A program made the translations under genes and the position numbers. A stretch of DNA of 62,606 nt from IMG/VR virus record IMGVR_UViG_3300035703_000095, positions 1 to 62,606 of that record. One strand, 5' to 3'. Below, piece by piece: positions 49,169 to 58,012 of this stretch. The stretch comes from a virus. Taxonomy: Duplodnaviria > Caudoviricetes. Within the stretch, counting starts at the first letter, position 1. Each line of letters starts with the position of its first letter. A model generated the notes under the pieces. That model worked only from the letters and a program-made list of their open reading frames with translations, ran no database searches and was not told where the DNA came from.

Positions 49169-49191
49169 ATACACGAGATTGATTATTTTAT

Positions 49192-49812
49192 ATGGCTTTT
49201 CAAAGTGTTTGGTATTTTAGTAATTTACCAGAAGATATTGTAGAAATTATTGATAAAGATCTCTCATCCAACTTTGATTCCCAAATGGGAGATTCTATGT
49301 TGATTGGAGATGCATTAAACAAGGACAAAAGAAACTCAAGAAATGCATGGGTTCCTACCAATCATTGGTTGGGAGGTTTCATGTGGCACTATATTCAAAG
49401 AGCAAACAGGGAAAATTTTCTCTATGACTTGAGGAATATTGATGGTGAGAGTATGCAATATACTCAATATGGCCCTGGACAATTTTATGGTTGGCATAAT
49501 GATGCAGGAATTGCAGGGCATTATAAACCACAAGCAGTGGGAAATCGTGTCGATGGACTTGCAAGTGACTTTGTAAATGAAAATATTGAACTTGTAAGAA
49601 AACTTTCATTCGTAGTTCAACTTTCAGATCCTGATGATTATGAAGGTGGCAATTTCCAACTTCTCTCTGAGGATGGAAAGTCTTATTTCGCACCAAGAAA
49701 AAGAGGAACTGTAATTGTTTTTGATTCAAGAGCACAACATCGTGTCCTTAAAGTCACAAAAGGACTTCGTAAATCTCTTGTTGGTTGGGTAGTTGGTCCG
49801 AGGTGGAAGTGA
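49192..49812 (+). CDS. 2OG-Fe(II) oxygenase (prolyl-4-hydroxylase-like)
   Basis: WHND, RKLS..VQLS...YEGG, HRV..V.KG.RKSLVGW. Confidence 0.9.
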   Translation: MAFQSVWYFSNLPEDIVEIIDKDLSSNFDSQMGDSMLIGDALNKDKRNSRNAWVPTNHWLGGFMWHYIQRANRENFLYDLRNIDGESMQYTQYGPGQFYGWHNDAGIAGHYKPQAVGNRVDGLASDFVNENIELVRKLSFVVQLSDPDDYEGGNFQLLSEDGKSYFAPRKRGTVIVFDSRAQHRVLKVTKGLRKSLVGWVVGPRWK

Positions 49813-49813
49813 T

Positions 49814-50524
49814 ATGGCAGAACAAATGACCGAAGAACAACTCTTCCACCAAGAAAGATTCAATACTGGATCATCAAAAACAAATAATGAGGACTTTGAA
49901 AGAGACGGATATCTAGTAGTAAAGAGCCTTTGGAATCCTGATGCACTAATTCGTCCAGTTCCACAAGAACGAGGACAAATTAATTATTGGGGCAAGAAAT
50001 TAGACCAATTCAGTTATTCTGAATTAGAACAACAGGTAGAAGGATCTCTTGCAGTATATTCTCACCCACAATACAGAGAAATTCATTCTGGTATTCGACT
50101 AAAACTTGAAAATATCATAGGGAGAAAATTATACAATACTTACTACTATGATAGATTCTATTTTAAGGGACAAGAACTTACTCGCCATGCAGATAGAGAT
50201 GCATGTGAAATTTCAGTAAGTGTCAACATCAGTACAAATTTAAAGGAATGTTGGCCTCTATGGATTAAAACTCCAGATACTTATAAAGACGATTCAAAAC
50301 TAGAAATTATCAAAAGAGGGGAGAATCGTTCAGTATGTCTTAATCCTGGCGATGGAATGGTATATAAAGGTTGCGAAAGACCTCATTGGAGAGATCCCCT
50401 TCCATCAAGACACAAAGGATTTAGATTCTTTAGAAAAGACGACACTTATTATCACCAAGTATTTTTTCATTATGTTCTCGCAGATGGTGGGAGAGCACAT
50501 TGTGCAAATGACATGTCAAGATAA
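49814..50524 (+). CDS. 2OG-Fe(II) oxygenase-like protein
   Basis: RHADR..CEISVS, GDGMVYKG...PHWR, QVFFHYV. Confidence 0.75.
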   Translation: MAEQMTEEQLFHQERFNTGSSKTNNEDFERDGYLVVKSLWNPDALIRPVPQERGQINYWGKKLDQFSYSELEQQVEGSLAVYSHPQYREIHSGIRLKLENIIGRKLYNTYYYDRFYFKGQELTRHADRDACEISVSVNISTNLKECWPLWIKTPDTYKDDSKLEIIKRGENRSVCLNPGDGMVYKGCERPHWRDPLPSRHKGFRFFRKDDTYYHQVFFHYVLADGGRAHCANDMSR

Positions 50525-50559
50525 ATTTGATAAATACTAAAAAAAGATAGCACGAGATA

Positions 50560-51183
50560 ATGTCTCAAACGAAAGCCCAATTAGTAGCTCCTGTAGGAAT
50601 ATTAACGGTCACTGGTATCAGTGCCAGTGGTATCGTAACAGCATCTAGTTATAGGGGTGACGGATCTCAACTTACTGGTATTGTTGCAGGTGCTACATTA
50701 ACGGGTTCTGGAAATACTGAGCGTCTGGTTTTAACAAGTCAGACCTCAGGTACAATGACATCTGCAGCAACTACATCTAATCTGACTTATAATACATCAT
50801 TAAATACATTTGATCTGAACGGCACGACATTAGATAAATCTGTATTAAGAAATTACACTGAAGGAGTTTCTGCACTAGGTAATACTGGCACTGCAGCAAC
50901 GATTAACCTGGCAAACGGAAACGTATTTACTGCAACTCTAACAGGAAACTGTACGTTTACATTTACAACAGGAGTAACTTCTGGAGCAGCATCATTTACT
51001 CTTATTCTGGCAAATGATGGTACTGCAGGAAGATCTATTATTTGGCCACCAGCAGTAAAATGGCCAAATAACTCAACTCCAGTAAGAACAACCACGGCAA
51101 ATGCTACTGATATCTGGTCATTCTTTACGCCAGATAATGGTACAACCTGGTACGGTAATATCGCACTATATAACTTTACATAA
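50560..51183 (+). CDS. short fibre adaptor protein
   Basis: GDGSQLTGI; C-terminal domain close to that of 45806 (LGNTG...INL.NGN...WYGN). Confidence 0.7.
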   Translation: MSQTKAQLVAPVGILTVTGISASGIVTASSYRGDGSQLTGIVAGATLTGSGNTERLVLTSQTSGTMTSAATTSNLTYNTSLNTFDLNGTTLDKSVLRNYTEGVSALGNTGTAATINLANGNVFTATLTGNCTFTFTTGVTSGAASFTLILANDGTAGRSIIWPPAVKWPNNSTPVRTTTANATDIWSFFTPDNGTTWYGNIALYNFT

Positions 51184-51195
51184 TAACTTAATTTT

Positions 51196-51792
51196 ATGAC
51201 ACCAAAATATATTGATTTTATTGGATTATATGATAATGTTTATCCCGATGGATTTTGTAATCATATGATTGAAGAGTTTGAAAGACTCTTATCTTCAGGA
51301 TCATGTTATAATCGACAAGATACAGAAAAAACTTTGAAGAAAACAAAGCAGGATGAGTTTTTCTTCTTAAATCTCAAAAACCATAACCCCTCTTCATTTA
51401 ATGGAGAATCTCCAATGAAGATTTTTTGGGAAGGTCTTCAAAGGTGTTACGATGAGTATAGTTCAGAATATGATGTTCTAAAAGAACTTCCAATTAGATG
51501 CACCACTGCAAAAATGCAAAAAACAAATCCAGGTGCTGGATATCATGTTTGGCATTGTGAGCAACATGAAGGTGATATGGCAAATCGTGCATTAACATAT
51601 AGTCTTTATTTAAATACTCTTGACAAGGATTCTGCCGGAGAAACTGAATTTTTATATCAAAGATTGAGAATCCCACCCAAAGAAAATTCGATGATAATCT
51701 GGCCTGCTGCATATACTCATACACATCGGGGAAATGTTGTTCATGGTGATAGGGCAAAGTACATTATAACTGGTTGGTTCTATCTTGATTGA
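51196..51792 (+). CDS. 2OG-Fe(II) oxygenase
   Basis: GYHVWHCE, YLN...GETEF, THTHRGN, KYIITGW. Confidence 0.88.
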   Translation: MTPKYIDFIGLYDNVYPDGFCNHMIEEFERLLSSGSCYNRQDTEKTLKKTKQDEFFFLNLKNHNPSSFNGESPMKIFWEGLQRCYDEYSSEYDVLKELPIRCTTAKMQKTNPGAGYHVWHCEQHEGDMANRALTYSLYLNTLDKDSAGETEFLYQRLRIPPKENSMIIWPAAYTHTHRGNVVHGDRAKYIITGWFYLD

Positions 51793-51822
51793 TAAATATT
51801 TTTTAAGATAGTGTAGGAAAAG

Positions 51823-53238
51823 ATGCCTTTAGGAGCCAGCGGAAAGAACAGATCACCTGGATACATGATTCCTGCGGAGACTGTGACTTTTAATGCACCA
51901 GGAACTTTTATTGCTCCAAATAGATTACGTTCTATTTCTGTCACAGGAAAAGGTGGAGATGGAACACCAGGAACACCAGGAACTGCAGGAGTTGGTGGTT
52001 TAGGTGGAACAAGAGGGTTTGGTGGTGCTGCAGGAAACCCAGGAAGTCCAGGAAATAATGGAGCTGGCGGTGCTGCAGGAAACCCAGGAGGTCAAGGTAA
52101 TCCCGGATTTCCGGGATTTGCTGGTGCTTTTGGTGGCGGAGGCGGTGGCGGAGGAGGCGGGGCCCAAGATGACGCAGGCCGTGCATACTTTCCTGCTCCA
52201 GGGTATCCGGGAAATAGTGGCCAGGCAGGACAACCTTCAACTTTTGGAGGAAGTCCTGGTGGTTATGGTGTTGGAGGCCTTCAATGGGCAGGTGCATATG
52301 GTTCATCTGGAGTTGCTGGAGGTGTCGGCGCAACAGGTATTAATGGCACTCCAGGAAATACAGGAAATAATGGCACAGGTGAAGGTGCAGGAGGTTCTGG
52401 TAGTTCAGGATCTCCAGGATTTGGAGCTGGTACAGGAACACCAGGAAATCCAGGACAAGCAGGATCACCCGGATCACCAGGATCTGCAGGATCTACGGGA
52501 GCAAGTTCTTCAGTATTTGGATTGTTTTTCCCAGGTGGTGCTGGCGGAGCTGCTGGAACTGGTAATCCTGGAGCCACGGGAGTTGCTGGAAATCCAGGTA
52601 GTCCAGGAAATAACGGAGTAGGAGGTAATGCAGGCAATCCAGGGAGTCCCGGTTCTGCAGGAACTGGTGGTGCTGGAGGTGCTGGTGGTGCTGGAAGTGC
52701 TGGTGGAAATGGTGGAGCAGGTGGTGCTGGTGGATTTTCATCTTTAGGTGGTGGAGGAGCAGGTGGTGGTGGCACCACTGGTAATCTACAACCAGGCAGT
52801 TCATATAATGGATTTGCAGGAAACCCAGGAGCTGCTGGTGGTTCTGGAGGAAGTGGTGGATCTGCAGGATCTGCTCAAGGTGGTTCTGGTGGTCAGAGTG
52901 GTGGGCCTGGTCCAGCAAGTCCCCTAGGGGGCGGTGGAGGAGGTGGCGGTGGTGGTGGTGGAGGCGTCGCTGCTGCCGGCGGTGCTGGTCAACCAGGACA
53001 ATTAGGAAATCCTGGATCTGCTGGAAGTCCTGGATTTGGTGCAACTTCAGGTACTTCTGGATCAGCAGGTTCTGATGGAACAGATGGATCTCAAGGAGCT
53101 CCAGGAAATGCAAATCCAGGAGGTGCAGGAAGCGCAGCAAATGCTTCAAATCTTGCATCAGTGATTACTGGTGGACAATCTTATCCCGTAACTGTTGCTC
53201 CCGGTGGATTTGTAACAATTTCCTGGACAACTCAATAA
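51823..53238 (+). CDS. Gly-X-Y collagen/polyproline-II-like protein B
   Basis: Same caps as protein A (TFNAPG; YPVTVAPGGFVTISWTTQ); central SSVFGLFFPGGAGG. Confidence 0.8.
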   Translation: MPLGASGKNRSPGYMIPAETVTFNAPGTFIAPNRLRSISVTGKGGDGTPGTPGTAGVGGLGGTRGFGGAAGNPGSPGNNGAGGAAGNPGGQGNPGFPGFAGAFGGGGGGGGGGAQDDAGRAYFPAPGYPGNSGQAGQPSTFGGSPGGYGVGGLQWAGAYGSSGVAGGVGATGINGTPGNTGNNGTGEGAGGSGSSGSPGFGAGTGTPGNPGQAGSPGSPGSAGSTGASSSVFGLFFPGGAGGAAGTGNPGATGVAGNPGSPGNNGVGGNAGNPGSPGSAGTGGAGGAGGAGSAGGNGGAGGAGGFSSLGGGGAGGGGTTGNLQPGSSYNGFAGNPGAAGGSGGSGGSAGSAQGGSGGQSGGPGPASPLGGGGGGGGGGGGGVAAAGGAGQPGQLGNPGSAGSPGFGATSGTSGSAGSDGTDGSQGAPGNANPGGAGSAANASNLASVITGGQSYPVTVAPGGFVTISWTTQ

Positions 53239-53271
53239 TAAATAATAAGAAGATTTAAATTATTATTTGCA

Positions 53272-53751
53272 ATGGCAAAAAAAGAAGAATCTGAGATTCG
53301 TAAAAAAATTAATGAAATGTATGAAGAGAATGAGTATGCAAATCTTCAACAAAATAAGAATCGTGCTCGTTCAATCACTATAGGAACTGCCTTTGGTGGA
53401 GCAATTGAAGTTAATATGAGAGGTGATTATCATTCTTTATGGTGTATTTTGAGTCCTGTTGAAGCTATAGAAGTTCTTGAACAACTAGCAGCAGCTGCAG
53501 GTGTTCAAGTTGCGACGAAACCAAAGGATGACTACAGTGCATGGCGTGGTTGGGATGTTAATAATGTAAATTATCTTCATTGGAAAGGTGCTGCTCCCTG
53601 GCAAGTTGATCCAGAAAATAGACATGAAAACAAGGAGTTGGAAGCAGCAAAAGAACCAAAACAACTTCCACCGGGAAAAGAAGAGTCAGATTCAGAAAAG
53701 GAACCCCCTAAAAAAACAAGAAGATCAACTAGAAAAAGAGTAGAAGAATGA
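53272..53751 (+). CDS. hypothetical protein, paralog of 48163
   Basis: NRARSITIGTAFGG, PVEAIE, AWRGW, WKGAAP. Confidence 0.8.
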   Translation: MAKKEESEIRKKINEMYEENEYANLQQNKNRARSITIGTAFGGAIEVNMRGDYHSLWCILSPVEAIEVLEQLAAAAGVQVATKPKDDYSAWRGWDVNNVNYLHWKGAAPWQVDPENRHENKELEAAKEPKQLPPGKEESDSEKEPPKKTRRSTRKRVEE

Positions 53752-54329
53752 CCAGAAAAAACTTTTATGTTTTAGTTGATAAAACTAATAAGACTGTTCT
53801 CAGTTATCCAGTGGAACTTCCAGAAAACTGGAATAACATTCATGGGTTAAATTCTTTTACTGATGAACAACTTTCTGATCTAGAGTGGGCTGGTCATTCT
53901 GATTTTGCTTGGATCAAATTCAACACCAGATTTCCAAGTGGTTATACGTTTGGAGATGGTTGGGTAACCTTTGCAAAAGAAATTGTAAAGGAAACTTATG
54001 CTAAATTGAGATGGAATGCGGAATCGAAAGGTATCTTATATAAAGACATAGAAATTAAGACAGACGATAGAACAAGAACAACAATTCTTCTAAAGAAACA
54101 ATTATTGAGTGAAGGTTCGACCGAAACTTTTAGTTGGAAATATAACGGTTCTATTATTAAATTTACTGCCGAAGATGTAGTTAATATTTCAAATGCAATC
54201 AATGAGTATGTACAAAATTGCTATGAAGTTGAAGCAGAACTCATTGAAAAATTAGATCTAGTGACAAGTATCTCTGAACTAAAGAGCTTTAATTTAAATA
54301 TCGAGTGGCCATCAAATGATTACAACTAG
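53748..54329 (+). CDS. DUF4376-like fibre assembly protein
   Basis: R..AE..GI......TDDR, WK, VQNCY..EA.L, final WP. Confidence 0.7.
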   Translation: MTRKNFYVLVDKTNKTVLSYPVELPENWNNIHGLNSFTDEQLSDLEWAGHSDFAWIKFNTRFPSGYTFGDGWVTFAKEIVKETYAKLRWNAESKGILYKDIEIKTDDRTRTTILLKKQLLSEGSTETFSWKYNGSIIKFTAEDVVNISNAINEYVQNCYEVEAELIEKLDLVTSISELKSFNLNIEWPSNDYN

Positions 54330-54386
54330 GGCCAATTTTTAAACTGTCCACCATGACCCCCAGACGACCTCTGGGGGTTTTATAGT
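54330..54386 (+). promoter_or_regulatory. early-type promoter with upstream motif and embedded terminator hairpin
   Basis: GGCCA-N9-CTGTCCAC; ACCCCCAGA/TCTGGGGGT hairpin plus T run; TATAGT at 54381. Confidence 0.7.
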
Positions 54387-54407
54387 AGCTAAAGAAACGC
54401 AAAACCA

Positions 54408-54512
54408 ATGAGGTACTCCTCCCTGGACAGATTGATTTTTGTCACATCCTTCCTGATTCTGATGAACTGGGGTGTTAGGATTTGTAACGTTGCAATGAAC
54501 GCGGTATTCTGA
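54408..54512 (+). CDS. 34-aa hydrophobic peptide
   Basis: MRYSSLDRLIFVTSFLILMNWGVRICNVAMNAVF*; TGATG coupling to the next gene. Confidence 0.6.
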   Translation: MRYSSLDRLIFVTSFLILMNWGVRICNVAMNAVF

Positions 54513-54967
54513 TGCTCACATTATACACCAGCGGCTATAATTATAGCAAGCATCGCTGTACTGATGCAGTGAATTGGTTTATTGAAAAATATCTTCCAAG
54601 ACACAAACTTGAGATCACTGTCAATCACCGTGGTCTTGCACGAGAGGGTGTCTATGGGTGGTGTACTGTAATGGATTGTAATTATCGACCCAGAGAGTTT
54701 GAGATCGAACTGCACAATCAAATGAATAATGATCTGTACCTACAGACCCTTTTTCACGAGCTGTGGCACGTTTATCAGCACGTTATGGGTAATCTGAAGG
54801 ATAAGCACGGTAAACGTCTCTGGAGGGGCATAGACCACACGGAGACGGACTATTCTGATCAACCATGGGAAGTTGAAGCAAGACAGATGGAAGAACAACT
54901 CTATAACGAATATCTGGGAATCAATGATTTCATCTACAGTTTCCCTAATCGCTTGACACAACGATGA
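54512..54967 (+). CDS. zincin-like metallopeptidase
   Basis: TLFHELWHVYQ (HEXXH) and QPWEVEA. Confidence 0.8.
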   Translation: MLTLYTSGYNYSKHRCTDAVNWFIEKYLPRHKLEITVNHRGLAREGVYGWCTVMDCNYRPREFEIELHNQMNNDLYLQTLFHELWHVYQHVMGNLKDKHGKRLWRGIDHTETDYSDQPWEVEARQMEEQLYNEYLGINDFIYSFPNRLTQR

Positions 54968-54981
54968 AATCTCTATACAAT
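54953..54981 (+). promoter_or_regulatory. sigma70 promoter
   Basis: TTGACA-17-TACAAT. Confidence 0.75.
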
Positions 54982-55015
54982 TACCTTTGTCGAGGTTCAA
55001 GAAAATATAGGCTCA

Positions 55016-55495
55016 ATGAAAACAGTAGAGAGACCAAGATACAAAGATAATAGAGTTTTTCAGGTAAGAAAGTTATCTTTTGAGCCTTACAGATATTCAG
55101 AGAATATGTTGAGTCTGGTGATGGGATTGATTCGCAAGAATCTCACACCAGATCTTTTAACACCTAAGTATCGAGAGGAAAATGTAACAAATCCAATGTT
55201 TGGACATTGTTATCATTCCTCGCAAGCATTATTTTATCTTATGAATACCGACTTGCTTGTTCCAATGTGTGGTAAAGATTATCGCAATGATTATCACTGG
55301 TGGTTGCAAGATGAAGAAAAAATCTATGACATAACTGCAGAGCAATATTATAGCGTAGGAAAACTACCTCCATATCATAATGGTAAACCAACAAAATGGT
55401 ATGGATGGAAACAAAGACCACATCAAAGATCTCTGGATCTTATCGTCAGAGTCTTAGGAGAGGATAAAGTCAAAGACGAGACCTTGACTTTTTGA
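55016..55495 (+). CDS. hypothetical protein with putative Cys-His-Asp triad
   Basis: GHCY...HWWL...DITAEQY (transglutaminase/YunG-like pattern). Confidence 0.55.
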   Translation: MKTVERPRYKDNRVFQVRKLSFEPYRYSENMLSLVMGLIRKNLTPDLLTPKYREENVTNPMFGHCYHSSQALFYLMNTDLLVPMCGKDYRNDYHWWLQDEEKIYDITAEQYYSVGKLPPYHNGKPTKWYGWKQRPHQRSLDLIVRVLGEDKVKDETLTF

Positions 55496-55565
55496 ACTGG
55501 GCCCCTTAAAGTGTCCTAGTAATGTGAGGGACAAGAGGTTACGACCACTTCTCTCACTGCCACAC

Positions 55566-55594
55566 TTGACAACGGTTCTCCGATTTGTTAATGT
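55566..55594 (+). promoter_or_regulatory. sigma70 promoter
   Basis: TTGACA-17-TAATGT with extended TG. Confidence 0.65.
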
Positions 55595-55672
55595 GGCTTC
55601 TGTAAACCGATGAGTCAAATGCCCTTGGCAAATAAGCACTCATCATATATGCCCCTGGCAAACACAAACATC

Positions 55673-56779
55673 ATGACTAACACATCTAAAATGGTCTTCA
55701 ACACTCAAGTTGATTTGGCCGAATATGAAGAAAAATGGAATCCTGCTGATCCTGCGGTACAAGCATACGTTAAGGATAAGTTTGGTGCAAGTCTTATCAA
55801 ATTCCTTTGGCTTGATCTGAGCACCAAAAACGAAGATGCTGATGAATTTACTAATGTCGGTGTCCGTGATGAACAAAACACAGGAACTGCAGTAAATGAC
55901 ATGGAAAATTCCATCCGAGTTGATGGATGGTTGAAGGATAAATTCCCTGGCATTGTATTTTCCGACCAAAAACTTAAGGATGCTCGTACTCGTGCTCTGG
56001 CACTGATGCGACTGGGTGTTCGATACATGCCCGTTGCTCTCTGTAGTCCTCTGGTTGAGGGTCTTCGCGGTGAACTGAACACTGGTCTGCTTGGAAACTA
56101 TCACACCGTTCAACGCCGTGTGGTTCAAGATGACTTTACCATCGCTGGATGTAAGGCAATTTCTGAAGGTGTTCTCAACCGCAACAAGGCTGACATCGAG
56201 CGTTGGTTGTATGAAGAACTGAACATCGAGAAGATTTATCCTGCCAATGCTGGTGGGGCAATCACGAAAATCATCAACGCTATCTATCTGCGATCTGAAG
56301 GTGACTCTGCCAAGATCGTTCGCAAGAAAGATCGTGAGCAATGGCTTGATTGGCTCGAGACTTCTCCTGATATGAAGGATGCTGCAGGCAATCGCATTGA
56401 TCCCCGTATTCAACTGGACTCTGATCCTGCTTTTGTCTTCTACAAACCTGGCATGACGAACACTGCTCGTCTGATTCGTAACATTCTTGAGAATGGTGCT
56501 GCTGGCCGTCACACTTACGTTGCTTTCTATGATGATACTCAACGTAGTCGTGAAACTCTGAAGCAAGAGTTTATTGATATGCGGTCTGCAGTTGAGTCTG
56601 CTCATGCAAACATCTTTAACTATGCTCAAAAGTCCCTGAATGTTAAGGGTATGAATATCTCTGAGATGGAAAATACGGTTCAGTTCACTATTCTGGGTGC
56701 TGTTCCTCTGATGATGGATGGAAACGGTCACGAGAAAGCATATGCTGCTCACCGCCTGATTGAACTGGACAAGTTCTGA
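55673..56779 (+). CDS. hypothetical protein, possibly with a ParB/Srx-like N-terminal domain
   Basis: VR...SI..DGW...P.IV...L.D.RTR..AL; strong CTG/TCT/CGT codon bias; track start 55610 lies in the leader. Confidence 0.6.
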   Translation: MTNTSKMVFNTQVDLAEYEEKWNPADPAVQAYVKDKFGASLIKFLWLDLSTKNEDADEFTNVGVRDEQNTGTAVNDMENSIRVDGWLKDKFPGIVFSDQKLKDARTRALALMRLGVRYMPVALCSPLVEGLRGELNTGLLGNYHTVQRRVVQDDFTIAGCKAISEGVLNRNKADIERWLYEELNIEKIYPANAGGAITKIINAIYLRSEGDSAKIVRKKDREQWLDWLETSPDMKDAAGNRIDPRIQLDSDPAFVFYKPGMTNTARLIRNILENGAAGRHTYVAFYDDTQRSRETLKQEFIDMRSAVESAHANIFNYAQKSLNVKGMNISEMENTVQFTILGAVPLMMDGNGHEKAYAAHRLIELDKF

Positions 56780-56824
56780 ATCTGTCACAAGGGGTCATCT
56801 CTGACCCCTTTCCTTTGCTATAAT
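56767..56824 (+). promoter_or_regulatory. early-type promoter with upstream motif and terminator hairpin
   Basis: GGACA-N10-CTGTCAC; AGGGGTCA/TGACCCCT; TG-C-TATAAT at 56819. Confidence 0.7.
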
Positions 56825-56836
56825 ACTTAAAGTTCA

Positions 56837-57046
56837 ATGCTTAAGATGAAAACCAAACGTAAGTTCGTTAATGTTCAACCAAAAAGTTCTAAAGCAAAGA
56901 ATCGTTTTGTGAATATTATGGAATCCTTTCATGCAATGGAGGTTGAACAAGAAACTTCTGATATGTTCTTTCTAGTTTCTATCAACCGAATGTACTGCAC
57001 TTGGGTTCCTAAAACAGGAAATGAACACTGGGAGATTGTTAAATGA
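56837..57046 (+). CDS. hypothetical protein
   Basis: 69 aa, V.PKSSKAKNRF.N.M motif. Confidence 0.75.
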   Translation: MLKMKTKRKFVNVQPKSSKAKNRFVNIMESFHAMEVEQETSDMFFLVSINRMYCTWVPKTGNEHWEIVK

Positions 57047-57354
57047 TTGGATTGATTGCTGGTCTGACATGTGGAGTTGCCACATTCTATGGTGTTGGTG
57101 ATGGGTTTCATGGACAACGTACTGCTAACGGAGAACGATTCGATGCTTATCGTTGGACTGCTGCTCACCCTTACCTAAAGATGGGTAGTAGAATCAGGGT
57201 CACGAATCAAGATAACGGCAAGCAGGTTATTGTCCGTGTTAATGATCGAGGCCCCTATTCACATGCAGATCTAGATCTTTCTTATTCTGCTTTTTCACAT
57301 ATTGAATCTGCCCGCAAGGGTAATGCTACTGTTTGTTGGAGGGTAATTGGATGA
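57043..57354 (+). CDS. RlpA-like double-psi beta-barrel protein
   Basis: ATFYG..FHG.RTANGERFD..TAAHP, VRVNDRGPY, DLS..AF. Confidence 0.9.
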   Translation: MIGLIAGLTCGVATFYGVGDGFHGQRTANGERFDAYRWTAAHPYLKMGSRIRVTNQDNGKQVIVRVNDRGPYSHADLDLSYSAFSHIESARKGNATVCWRVIG

Positions 57355-57722
57355 AAAAACTTCTTCTTGCTGCTGCACTTCTGTTTTCTTCTCCTGCATT
57401 TGCACAAGAGACCAAAACCTATCGTCCATTTCGATACGAAACCCCATGCTTGCTTGAGCAAGGTATTCAAACCTATCCTGATGTCTGTGTTGTGATTGAA
57501 ACCCGTGAGGCAGGTGGAGCACTTCGCACTCGTAACATCTATTCCAATAAACATAGCCTTACCATTAAGGGTCGATTTGATAAAGAGAAGGGATATATGA
57601 CTTGGGATAGTCATAATAAGTTTGAATACAAGTGGGAATATAAAGTTGGAGGCAATAATGATCTTGGTGCCTGGACTTATGTGATGCCTGGATTCCTGGT
57701 TCAGAATGTTTCCTGGGATTAA
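57351..57722 (+). CDS. secreted hypothetical protein
   Basis: MKKLLLAAALLFSSPAFA signal peptide. Confidence 0.75.
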   Translation: MKKLLLAAALLFSSPAFAQETKTYRPFRYETPCLLEQGIQTYPDVCVVIETREAGGALRTRNIYSNKHSLTIKGRFDKEKGYMTWDSHNKFEYKWEYKVGGNNDLGAWTYVMPGFLVQNVSWD

Positions 57723-57746
57723 ATATTACTGAATTCCTTTAAAGCA

Positions 57747-57989
57747 ATGAAATTCCTTCCTATCTTACTATTATCATTCATTCCTATTCCTGCCCAAGCA
57801 ATTACTTGGGGAGAATTTTGGGCTCCATTTACATATGATCGCCCATATTATCGTCCCTATTATGAGAGGAGATATGAACCTGTTTGTACTCGTCGTGTCT
57901 TTCGTGAAGAGTACATTCCTGGAGATTATTGGAATCCTGGATATGTGAGAAGGTGGTCTGAAGTTGTACGTGTTCCTTGTACTTATTAA
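57747..57989 (+). CDS. secreted hypothetical protein
   Basis: Signal peptide; C.R.V.REEYIPG...PGYV...PC. Confidence 0.7.
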   Translation: MKFLPILLLSFIPIPAQAITWGEFWAPFTYDRPYYRPYYERRYEPVCTRRVFREEYIPGDYWNPGYVRRWSEVVRVPCTY

Positions 57990-58012
57990 ATAGTATATCT
58001 ACAAATTAATTC

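Noticed and set aside
46949-53158. Many alternative-frame and antisense ORFs over the Gly-X-Y genes
   Set aside because: Shadows of GGN-rich low-complexity codons (poly-Pro, His/Gln/Leu-rich translations), with no RBS or promoter
45806-54329. Diversity-generating retroelement or invertible tail-fibre switch behind the paralogy
   Set aside because: No reverse transcriptase or recombinase in the window, all copies are co-directional, and divergence is not adenine-specific
55643-56788. 381-aa antisense ORF overlapping the 389-aa plus-strand ORF
   Set aside because: It is in exact codon register with the sense gene and is explained by avoidance of TTA/CTA/TCA; promoter, terminator and neighbours all favour the plus strand
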